A stretch of DNA of 64,000 nt from Octopus sinensis (Eukaryota). The translations under genes and the position numbers were made by a program. Each line of letters starts with the position of its first letter. Position 1 is the first letter of the stretch. The notes beneath the pieces were generated by a model, which saw only the letters and a list, made by a program, of their open reading frames with translations, was not told where the DNA came from and searched no databases. The stretch is from NCBI RefSeq assembly GCF_006345805.1, contig NC_043016.1, positions 3,596,001 to 3,660,000 of the forward strand, given 5' to 3'. This document shows, piece after piece, positions 12,365 through 26,408 of this stretch.

Positions 12365-13550
12365 AGGCTGTTGAAATCACTACAGCTTGCAAAATTACCT
12401 GAAGATTTCGTCTACAATCCTCACATTTGTAACTGAACATCCATCAACTGCTACTGATGTCATTATTTCAAAGAAAATATTTCAAGGTGAGAGTCTAACA
12501 GTCCTTCTGTTTATTTCGGATACAAGCCCATCATCTTTGCTAAGAAAATCCGCTGGCTATATCCTATGGTCTTAAAAAGCAAGACACGCTAATATTGGTT
12601 TCAAATTTTAGCAAAATACCAGTAATTTTAGGGAGAGTTGAATCGATTATGTTGATCTTAGTGCTCTACTGGTACTTATGTTATTGATCTCGAAAGGATA
12701 AAAGCCACAGTGGATCTCGCTAGGATTTGAACTCAGAACGTAAAGACGGGCGAAATGCTGCTAAACATTTCCCCCGTCATCTCGCCACCTTAGATATTCT
12801 AATATTACCCCTAATGTGTTTATAGACTAAGTGATTATGTCCAAAATATTTACAACCGCGAAAATTTAATTATTATATTTTCTGGCCAAAGGATATGTTC
12901 ACACTAAACAACTGAGCGTGGGAAAAATGTGCCCTCGAACCAAATTCTTTGTGCCAAAGATCTATCTCCTCTTTTATACGAAACGAGAGCTGAAAAAATC
13001 TATGTACTGACGAAAATATATCATACAAAGGTATTGTAAACAATCATAGAGTATTCAAAGAATAAAATAGATGTGGCACTTAAAGCTTTCCTCCAACATG
13101 ACAATATCCAACAATGCGTTTGAAATACCCGTGTTGATACGAACATTCGAGACACTCGATTGGTTTATAGACGAAATCCACACTGTAGACATTAAAACTT
13201 GTAAGATCCTGACATTGGGTGCAGATTTCCACAGAGACAGTGATTTTGACAATCTCTGTCTGAGGAAAAAAGAGGGAGGTAGAGGCTTAATATTTGCGCA
13301 GACTGCTTTCGACTGACGTGTGATATTGCTCAGTCAGTACCTGCAAAAAACAGCAGCAAAAATAAATATATCAACCAACTACGGGAAAATGAGGCGAAGA
13401 ATTTGAACCCCACCCCCATACGAATCCAGAAGAAGAGGGCTCGCATGTCTCAAAAAAGACCTGGAAAAAAAATTACTTAACATACCACATAAGGGTTATT
13501 CCTGTAAAATAGAGACAATATCAACATGAAGAAAAGTAAGGTGCTGGCAG
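12365..13550 (+). mobile_element. Degenerate R4-clade RT fragment interrupted by a SINE
   Basis: KKIFQGESLTVLLFI; IPVLIRTF..DIKTCKILT..FHRDSDFDNL..RKKEGGRGL. Confidence 0.7.
12595..12792 (-). mobile_element. tRNA-derived SINE (11969 family)
   Basis: Reverse complement of tacgttctgagttcaaat.. and aagtaccagt. Confidence 0.75.
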
Positions 13551-13555
13551 AGTGG

Positions 13556-13748
13556 TTACCGCGCCAGGCAATATGCTGAGCAGTATTTGTCCGTACTTAC
13601 GTTCTGAATTGATACGGCGTTGAAATTACCTTTGCCCTTTATCCTTCTGGGATCGATAAAATAAGTGCCAGTTGAACCTAAGAGTGGACATAATCGACTT
13701 ACCATCTCCCACGACATTGCTGGCCTTGTGCCAACATTTGAAATCAAT
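13556..13748 (+). mobile_element. tRNA-derived SINE (11969 family), diverged
   Basis: tacgttctgaatt..tttgccctttatccttctgggatcgataaaataagtgccagtt. Confidence 0.7.
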
Positions 13749-14512
13749 ATTAACACGAAGTATTCGAAAATATAAGAAATTACATGACACAGGAGATCTT
13801 TATACATATATTTGTGTATGTATGTATGTGTAGTTGTATGTTTGTGTATGTGTGTGTATGTGTATGCGTATTAACATATATACAAATATATTTTAATATA
13901 GAGATAGATATATAACTTGAAGTGATAGGTGGATGTGAGTGTATGTGCATATGTGAGTATGTGTGTGTGTAGCGTTTTGTACTTGCACACCTGAGTCGTC
14001 AAAATCAACGATGGTCTTATAAATGATGGGTTTGGTATTCCTCAGAATTTGCTTCTTTATAAGTTTCTGATAAATGCAAATTCATAATGAAATTTTCCTG
14101 CTGTTTATATTCCTAAAAATTGTTTAAAATATTTGAAAAAATTCCTGATCTTTTAACACAGTTTGATTTTCTTTCTTCATCCTTACAATAAATATATTTT
14201 AAATAACACTTTGTGAAACATTTTCCTCTTCCTCACAATACATATTGTTAAATAACACTTTGTGGAACAACAATTCCGTAGAAACCTGAAAAAGAAAAAG
14301 GGAAAAATGTTGAAGCCAGCCTTGGGTGGAATCACGATCCGAAACACGTCAAATTTCATCTACAAAATCGTAAAAATGAAATGCCTCACCACAAAATTTC
14401 ATTTATAAATACATTTCGTTGACAGTTCGGAAGCCGAGGATGGGAATGGGTATGAAAGTGACGTACCAAACTGTAGCAACAAGTCTTTTACAATCGTTAT
14501 GATATATAATAT

Positions 14513-14556
<44 letters not shown>

Positions 14557-14753
14557 ATATTATATATATATATATATATATATTCGATTTGAAAACCCCA
14601 CTAGATTGGGAGAAAGCGCTAATATATGATATATGATATAAGTAATATGATATATAAAAACATGTAATATACAAACATAAAACCATCCGAATTTCTGAGT
14701 ACCTCATTTCTTCTAATATAAAATACCTGTACATCATCTCCAAACTTTCTAAT

Positions 14754-14818
<65 letters not shown>

Positions 14819-14982
14819 TGAGAAAGTTGGTTTGTGAAAGCACGTGGTTGAATATATAGAAAATAGTAAAAAATGAAAAGACTACAGAAGGCTTGTTTTA
14901 AAAGGTTAAAAAATATATATTTGAGTCAATATGTCTGAAGAATATTATAAATTTTTTTCTTACAATGACATAGTTTAGAAGA

Positions 14983-15165
14983 AATGACCGGTTTCGCGTT
15001 CAGCTTTTCAAATTATCTCGGAATGCGTGGCAACCGAAGAGTTAATAACTCTGGGCCGTATAGTATTGAATGTCTTCAGTTTGTTTATCTCGAATAGGAT
15101 ACAATTTGATCTGGACATTATTCTGGTTTCTAGCTATTGTGAGTTTTAGCGTCCTCAGATAAACT
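14983..15165 (-). ncRNA. Two degenerate minimal hammerhead-ribozyme-like motifs
   Basis: TTGAAAA-gc..gc-GAAACCGGTC and CTGAGGA-..-GAAAC..GTC on the minus strand. Confidence 0.45.
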
Positions 15166-15304
15166 TTAGCAGACCTTTTGTGTGAAAAAATATTTGGTAG
15201 TGTATATAAAGTAACAGCTTCGTACTTATTATATTACTATGGACTATCACAGAAATAGGAAAAGCCTACTCGATACAACACATCACGAAATTAATTATTG
15301 AATA

Positions 15305-15600
15305 AATAGACGGATTTTGTAGATTTAGATTATGCTGATGATATTGTTTTGGATAGTAATGTAATGTCAAAAACACAATAGCCAAAATTGCGAGTTTAAA
15401 AGTAAATATTAGTTAAAGTGAAAATATCGAGACCGATTAAGCGTATAGATCAAATGTGTCATTGGAAAGGTACATAATTGAAACATGAAGTAAGGTTAAA
15501 TATTTTGGAACTCTCTTACGTGACGACATTTATAAGTATTAATATTAAAACCGATTTAATAACAAACATCAACGGAGATGATATCAAACTTTTGAATTTC
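15305..15600 (+). mobile_element. RTE-like LINE RT remnant
   Basis: TDFVDLDYADDIVL and a downstream KYFG. Confidence 0.55.
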
Positions 15601-15942
15601 TCACACACTGGAGTTTCGTGCGAAAATTAAAAACAGGAAGAAGCTGGAATTATTCATTTTCCACGAGTTTTGTAAAACTGATTCCAGCATAGGGATGGGA
15701 CAAATATATTTTCTAGTTGTGGAATTCTGCATCCATCCATCCATCCATCTATCCATAAACACACTCACATACCTACGTACGTACATATATACACATACAC
15801 GAACATATGCATATATATGTGTGTATGTATGTATATATATATATATATATATATAGGGAAAGTTTACGAAAAAAACAGAAGCCGAAGGCAGGTGGTGTAC
15901 AAAACAAACAGATGTATTAGTATAACGCCCAGAGAGAGAAAG

Positions 15943-16018
<76 letters not shown>

Positions 16019-16157
16019 GCAATTATGTGGATAAACAAATTAAGCAAAGCAACCTGGATTTAATATACAAAATATATAGATGTGTATACATGCAAATAGG
16101 GAAGAAGCGAAGACTGAAGACTTTCAGACGATGAATATTTGATTATATAAATATCTA

Positions 16158-17755
16158 CAATCGTCCTCAAAATTATTCAAGCCTTTATTAATTTTTGTGT
16201 TTATTTATTTTTTATTTTTGTGATGAAATGAATGATTTTGTCAAGTTTGTTTACAAGTTATATGCGACTGAAAGAGTAACAACAATACAAAATTCAAGAA
16301 ATTCTTCATTTCAGGGGTATTTTATTCATGGATTTTAAAAACATACCATGTTCAAAATTATAAATACCCTAGGTTTACTGAGTCTAATAGCATAGCCTTT
16401 GTTTTTCATGACTGCTTCTAGACGATTCTTGTATGTGTCCACATGCTTCCTGCATGTCTGCTCTGGGAATGTTGGCCCACTTTTCCTTGGCGAAAGCCTC
16501 AAGCTGGGTCATGCTGGTCTTCATGGGTCATGTTGGTTTTCAAGTCTCGCCACAAGTTCTCGATGTGATTCGAGTCTGGACTCTGACTTGGCCATTCTAG
16601 GACGTTGAATCATTGTTCTTGAACCATTTCTCCACTAACTTGGTTTTATGTTGCAGATCATTGTCCTCCTGGTATTTCGAGTTATGGCCAAGCTGGAGTT
16701 TCTCTGCCCATACCATCACGTTTTCATCAAGTATCCTCCTTGTAATCCTCCTTTCTCATGATCCCTTGGACTTTGACAAGATTCCCTGTGTCACTGGAAG
16801 AGAGGCATCCTCATAGCATTATGTTTCCACCACCATGCTTGACGGTGAGCACAGTATTCTTCGGCTTCTTTGCTTCTCCTTTCTCCGTTCAGACATATTC
16901 AGCATCCATCTGGTTAACTCATTCTCAGCAGACCACAGGATGATTGACCAAAAGCTGGAATCTTGCTTCAGATGGCCTCTAGCAAAGGCCAGGCGAACCT
17001 CCAGATGTTTCTTCCTGAGCAGCGGCGTCTTCTGATGCCTACGTCCATGTGCAAAACCCGCACAATGGTGGACATGACACCTTCGTCCCTGCCTAGTCAA
17101 GCGTTTCAATTAAGGGCTTGATTTTAGTCCGGGGGTTGTGGTTGACCTCTCGGCAGATTTTCCTGGCAAATTTGGGAGACACCTTACGCTTCCTGCCTCG
17201 CCCACTGAAGGTTTTAACAGTGTCGAACCTCTTGTGGTTGTTGATTATTCTCTGAACGATGGCTACGGGGACATTATACTGCTTTGAAATGATCTTGTAA
17301 TCCTTTCCTTCAATGTGGGCAGTCAAAAGTCGCCGACGTAGACTTTCACTGGTTTCCTTCTTCTTGGCTATGATGATCAGAAACTGAACATGACCAGAAC
17401 ACTTATCTTTTACTTATACATGACCCAGCTTGACAGCTTTCACCAAGGCAGAGTGGGCCATCATACCACAGCAGACATACAGAAAGCTTGTGGACATGTG
17501 CAAGAATCGTCTAGAAGCAGTAATATGAGGCAAAGGCTGTGCTATTGACTATTAAAGAAAGATATTGGACTCAATTAATCTAGAGTATGTGTAATTTTGA
17601 ACATGGCATTTTTTGAAAATCCATAAATAAAATACATTCTTGAATTGTGCATTGTTGTTAATCTTTCACTAGTTGGTCATATATAACTCATAAGCAAACT
17701 TGACAAAATGCATCACAAAAATTAACAAGGACATGAATAATTTTGAGGACGCCTG
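16158..17755 (-). mobile_element. Tc1-like element with long TIRs, defective transposase
   Basis: TA on both sides; termini CA(AT/GG)CGTCCTCAAAATTATTCA; GRGRKRKVS, KTPLLRKKHL..RLAFA, ILWSAE, VKHGGGNIM and QEDNDLQH. Confidence 0.92.
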
Positions 17756-17799
17756 TAGATATTTATATAATAGATCAATCTTACACACAGTTTAAACTA

Positions 17800-18560
17800 C
17801 AGAAAAAGTTAAAGGGGAAGAAGTAAGTTGTTAGAAGTCCAAGAACTGTTTCAGGGGGCTCGGAGGTCTATCACCATGTCGGTAGATATAGTTCACCACA
17901 ATAGACAGGCCGTATTAAAAGCAAATAAACATTGGATAAATAGAGTCTCCGTCATCAGGATGTAAAAGATCCAGCCTCAGTCATCAGGGTAGGAAACCCG
18001 ATTCTTGTTTTAGCTAACATTGCATTTGTTAGCCCAAAGGTTTTCCTTTATTTAAGAAGCAAAATTAATTGATGATAAGCTAGATCGATGAGACTAGTTG
18101 TCCAGCTGAACGAATTAAAATTTAATTCAATTTATAGGAGAATAATCTGAATTTGAATGTTGTTCTATGCACAGCAACTGTAGTCTCTATACTTGAACTA
18201 AGCATGTTAATAGTGAAATAGCATCAAGTTTGCGAGTAGATAACGCATGATAGGGGAAGGTTATGGGGAAAGAAGGGTTATGTCATCTGCATACAAATTA
18301 ATTATGTTGGTGTGAGAGCAAGTAAATAATTGATGGATACAAGGAAGAAGTATAGTTTCAGTCACTTTCTTAACTTATTTCTGTGTATTATGAAAAGAAA
18401 TATAAAGTAATGAAGTCCAGAAATTTATGTCACAGTAATGGTTCGAAGATCAGAGCTTAGGTCCTTCTGAGCTGATGAAGAATGGTTATCCTCAGTCCGG
18501 AGACCTGGCTTGGCTTGAATATGAGCAACAGAAATCCATTCAAGGCATCTAAAGATGAAT
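17800..18560 (-). mobile_element. L1-like LINE RT remnant
   Basis: LIFEPL followed by NLYADDIT on the minus strand; heavily degraded. Confidence 0.5.
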
Positions 18561-21024
18561 TGTTGGCGTTAAACCGGTAGACGGATGAAGTTCACAATTT
18601 GCCTTTCAAGGACGAGATAGGTCTTGTTATGGCACCTTTGATCACACGTTTTCTCCTGAACCGGACTAAGCATATTATCTCTGAGTTTTTGAAGAGAAGC
18701 TTTGCAGAAATTTGTCTTCAAATTAAATTTTCCTCAGCATTAATAGGAAACAACAATTATTCACGCCAACATCTTCTCGTGGGTGTATAAAGTTACGACG
18801 AGACAACGCTAAGCCAGGTCCAAATATAATTTTCAAAATGCATACCTTAGAAAATTTATGCAACTCGGTTATTTGCTGAGGTAAATTCAGCGTTTGCAGT
18901 AAACAAGAGCCCTTTTATAAACATTTTATATTGCTATTTTTCATAAACATTCCAAAAATACAGCTAATTTCTTCAGAGTAGCGAGCGACATATTTTGTCT
19001 GAAATGAATCAGTTGATCGAATCCCATTTAGCACATTTGAAAGCTAAAAGGGTTTTGGTATGAGGGACTTTATCCATGTTCAGACTCTTAATGAATCTTA
19101 TGAATAACTGCATGATTATTAAACTTAATGCTTCCGAAATGGAAAACCTACGAACAAAAATAGTTAAGATCATGTGATTCTGCTACTGATACGCCAGCAA
19201 AAGTTGCGAATCCTTAGTGTTTCCTTGTAAGTCGAATTTGGAAATTCTATTAAAAAATTGTCAAAATGCAAAAATCTGAAGTGAGTATAATAAGTAAATT
19301 ATTTCACAAATGTATTCAATAAAACGTTGTTCTTTCGAGATGTAGAACCACGATTAGTTAAAATATTCTAACGAGACAAATTTGGTACAAAAGAGGTGGT
19401 GAAGTAAAAAGATGTCTCCTGCTTATATAATATAAGAATCCAGAAGTTCATTTTGTGTATTTGTCACGAGAATCCTTCGACCACCATGGGGCAAATTGTT
19501 AAAATGTGTACAGAAACAGATTACACTCATGTAAAGTTAGTCAGGCATTAATATTATCCCTTGTGGTTATGAGAGTTTCTCTTCCTATCCATATTTTAGC
19601 TATACTTAAGATCGGTCTGCTTCCATAAACTCTTCCAGAGAGCGCACAGCACCGGAGTAAATTCAGGATTGTAGTCTCACAGTGCTCGTCAGTATCTTCA
19701 TCGTTCGGCAAACGCTTTCAAAGTTCATATCCTTACTAAAAACAAACAAACTATTCTACAGAATATGTACTTCCGTGATTGTGCGTGCATGAGTGCATAT
19801 CCGTCTATGTATAGGCATATATACATGAATGTGTGTCTGTGTGTGCGCATGTTTGTGCCTGTGCATGTGTGTTTCCTTTCTATATTAGTTCCTGTCTAAG
19901 TTTTTGCTTCATCCCATCCAGTATTGCATTATCTTTTACAAATACAAATACAAATTTATTCGAAACATCTACTAAATGCCTCATCTCGTTAGGAAGGATT
20001 TCTTTGTTATATGCATACTGAAGCAGTTGTAACAAGGCTATGAGTAGAAACATAGATAACAATAAAACAAGTGTTCCCGAAATTCGGTTTGTAGAACTAT
20101 TCTAGAGCTATAGAATAGGGGTGGCATTTAGAGCGAACGGTCTGCAAAATATTGCATCAAACCCCCACCTTAAATCATACTTCGTGCTTTAAAAATAGGA
20201 ATGACCTAATGATTAATATAATCTTAGATACACTATATCTGAAGGAAAGACATAACGGTCATGTCTTCTTTGAAGAGTCATACATGACCAGGACTGACAG
20301 CATAAGAATTTAGAGCAAAACAGATAAGCAAATACTGTTATACAGGTTCTTAAGAATCGGATACAAAACCTACGAAATGAAATTTGATCTGACAAGTATT
20401 GAACTCCGGCACACGAACAGAGACGGGTAAAAATGTCAGTAAAGCAAATACGTGTCATATTCCAAGCCATTAGTCAGCGATGATTTCGTTTGTACGGGCT
20501 CAAATGTGGAGCGATCAATCACAGAGGAATTCGAACAGCAGCTGGCAGTGTTTCTGAGCACTCGCTATTACAGACAATAGAAAGCAGTTTGATGTATTGC
20601 TAAAAAAGACATTCCAAGAGAAACTAATAGCAAGTTTTAAATAAATAACATTGAAAGTCGATGTGAAGAACTGGAGTCAATTAACAGTATTCTTTTTCAG
20701 TATACAATTCCATACCCTTTTCTTCAGTCACCACCACCACCACCATTTCGCCACGTTTATTTGTTTGCCGTAAGAGATAGAAAAACAAACGGAATAGAAA
20801 ACACTAAAAAAAAAGCATAACAACAAATATAAACAGATAACTACAAAAAAGGTTAGAAAAAATAAATAGTTAAAACATCGCCTGTCACCCACACTCCTGT
20901 CCCACACCACCAGCTGTCACCATAGAACGAAAAGAAAAACAAAAACAGATCAGAATGTATAAGTAGAATAATAAATAGATAACAGAGAAATTCGACGAAT
21001 AAGAAACAAAGGAAGCGCTCTCTT

Positions 21025-21059
<35 letters not shown>

Positions 21060-21310
21060 ATATGTATATATAATATATATATATATATACATGCATACTA
21101 ACACATATTTAGAGATACGCATGTACACGTAGATACACAAACACATAGATACATACACGTGGTTATTTGAAGCTATTAATTAACCTGGTTTTTTTTATGT
21201 ACCAATAACACCTAACATTTAGTACTTTTAGTGACTTGGTTGAGAAAGAAGTGAGCGTACACACTCAGAATAACATATACATATACTAAGAAACAACACT
21301 TACATAAGAA

Positions 21311-21344
<34 letters not shown>

Positions 21345-21418
21345 ACACACATATACACATAGATATCACAACCACAGTTGATATATACTTACAATCTTAA
21401 AAACGTAAATGTAGAGAC

Positions 21419-21460
<42 letters not shown>

Positions 21461-21615
21461 TCCTCTCTCTGTATATACATAAATATACACATGCATGCAT
21501 ACATACATACATACATGTTGAATGCAACTTCTTTTCAGAAGAGTGCCGTTTCTTCATTGAACATTGCATCATCATGTGCATACATACATACGTGCTTACA
21601 TACATACAGACATGC

Positions 21616-21833
21616 CGTGGAGGCGCAATGGCCTAGTGGTTAGGGCAGCGGACTCGCGGTCGCAGGATCGCGGTTTCGATTCTCAGACCGGGCGTTGTGT
21701 GTGTTTATTGAGCGAAAACACCTAAAAGCTCTACGAGGCTCCGGCAGGGGGTGGTGATCCCTGCTGTACTCTTTCACCACAATGGCGGTGCCCCAGCATG
21801 GCCACAGCTCAAGAGCTGAAACTGAAAAACAAA
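21616..21833 (+). mobile_element. tRNA-derived SINE with a CR1-type tail and ACATGC TSD
   Basis: A-box TGGCCTAGTGG, B-box GTTTCGATTC; tail matches 28953-28995; ACATGC at 21610-21615 and 21834-21839. Confidence 0.88.
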
Positions 21834-22379
21834 ACATGCAGTTAAACTTATAGATATGTGTGTGTGTGTGTTTGTGTGTGTTTGTGTGTGTGTGTGTGTT
21901 TGTGCGTGCGTGCGTGTGTGTGTAAATTAAAAAAAATATCATATAATGGACTCACGGACGCTTTATTTATTTTTTCTAACCAATATTCCAATTGTTCGAT
22001 AATCTGAATTGCACCTACTGATAAAATTATACTGTTACTTGTCGAATATTACACTGATAATTATATCCATAACTTTATAACAAGAAATACCCTAAACATA
22101 GGTGGTGTTTCGACCGGCTATAGTTCTTGACATTTGAAATTGTTGCTGTTAACGAAGACAAGGTCGACACAACCCTAGTGGAGCATCCTCTCAAATCCTC
22201 CGTTTATGTTGTCTAATATGTAGGCTGTTTGTGGATAATGAATAATTAGCTGGGTAGAGGTGGAATTATGGAGAATTGAAGTGTTATGTAACTTACATTA
22301 AGTCAGTGTTGTTGAATGTGATGGTACGTAGACCATTGATGTGTAAAAGAAAGGGAGTAGGGTAACAATCTGAACGCTG

Positions 22380-23630
22380 AGGATTAGGGCCACCATCTAA
22401 GCTTGGACCATGATTGCAGCTTGGCCGGATCGACGAGCTGCGAAAAGGGGTGTGTCGCAGGAAAGTCTCCCATTCTATTTCACTTTCGTTTCCGTCGCCG
22501 CGGCACGTGTTTCTGCAATTATATCAATATCAGTGCGCATCGCGAGATCGCTACAGAAAGGATGTTTACTGCAGGTGGACTTCTTGACCAGTAACATCTA
22601 TCAGTTTTGTAGGAAGAGGAAAAGCATACGTTCCACTCTGATCAGATAGTTCGTTCGTCAAGGTGTGACAGCCAAACGGTAGTAAATCACCGAGAGAATG
22701 TAGGTATTATCAACTTACGTCCAAAATTTCAGACACAACTTCTCACAGCCTATTTATGAGAGATTTGCCACCCTGCTTGAAACCACTTCCTTGTTCATAT
22801 TTACCTGGAGATCCGGTGCAAACTAGATCGTGAATATCCCTATTGGACATTCAGCAGAAATCGCCACTGACTGGCAAGGACTTTCTTGAACTCCTCTACA
22901 CACCTTGCATTTCCCAAATATGATGTTGACTACATCTCTCTATAAAGAATCCGATAACATACCAGTGATATCCTCCGCATCTGTAGACACTGCTTCTCTG
23001 TAACCCAATAGCTGCAATAACAGCTGAAAGTAGATGTTGTACAATAATCTAGTGTAAATCACTAGGTTTGTACATCACAGGTTTGAATATGATCCTAATC
23101 CATGCAGACGCTTGGAAATTGGGCTTGAGCTGTTGTAGTAGTCATATGTATATGTTCCTGAAATGAAGCATTTTCGTGTTTTACGTATAGTAAAAACGAA
23201 GAATGCTGAGATAAATGAAAGAAAATATACAGTGTGAAAGTGGATAGAATCAAAATACAACAAATTAATACGTTTTTTAAATGCAATGAAACTTGAATAA
23301 AGAATAACTGCGACAAATATCGATTAAATATGTTCCGATTCAAGCGTTAGGCCTTCAAGAAGAGAAAGAAACGTATTTGAGTTCGTTTCATGCAGTCGCC
23401 CTATTAACTGGAGGAATACGTTGAACAACTTGAAAGCTATGTAGCTGCCTGAGATTAACGGGCGGAAAATTCGAAACACTACTGGATCCTCTTGGTTTCT
23501 CTCCCTTGTTTATATCTCCATTCCTCCGATACTTCAGATATAAATACAGGGATGATATCTTAAATATCTTTGAGATTGTGATTATATCTTTACTACTTCC
23601 ATTGCAACACAATTAAGTAAATAATCGGTC
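22380..23630 (-). mobile_element. Highly degenerate RTE-like LINE
   Basis: FDSIH and weak similarity to other RTE motifs, in the expected order. Confidence 0.4.
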
Positions 23631-23679
23631 ATTCACGAAGATTTTGTTCAGCTTTTATCCTAGATTTTATGTAATAACT

Positions 23680-24000
23680 ACCCTTGAAATTGTCTTTGAT
23701 TACACACGCTTTTAATTGTGTGTGTGGTTGAATATATGTAAGTTATGCCTGCATATATATATATATGTATATTACGGAGATGTACTTGCATAGCGAGTGA
23801 CCTGATCTGAGATCGTGTGCTGGAACGAAAACAATTGCAGCGTGGAATGTGTTTATAAGCCATTTAAGAAACACAAAAACCGTTAGATTCACTTCAACAT
23901 TTAAATTCGATTTGTCAAAATATTTTCGTCGCTTTCAGACCGCGACCTCTTCACTGACAAAACTTCGTGCTGCATCTGAGAAAGTAACAGTTAGTTCATC
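23680..24000 (-). repeat. Non-coding repeat-like segment carrying a minimal hammerhead-like fold at 23911-23962
   Basis: Stem I TTTGTCA/TGACAAA, core GTGAAGA..GAAA, stem II GTCGC/GCGAC. Confidence 0.55.
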
Positions 24001-24194
24001 ATATATATATGTACGTATGTATGTGTTTGTGTGTGTATGCATGTATGTTTGTATGTATGTATGTATGTATGTATGTATGTATGTATGTATGTATGTATGT
24101 ATGTATGTATGTATGTGTGTGTGTATGTATGTATGTGTGTATGTATGTGTGTATGTATGTATGTATGTATGTGTCTGTGTATGTATGTATGTAT

Positions 24195-26408
<2,214 letters not shown>

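Noticed and set aside
21619-21695. tRNA gene (also heads at 11969, 44340-44416, 55894, 62701)
   Set aside because: A and B boxes are present but the cloverleaf is imperfect and each continues into a SINE body and tail.
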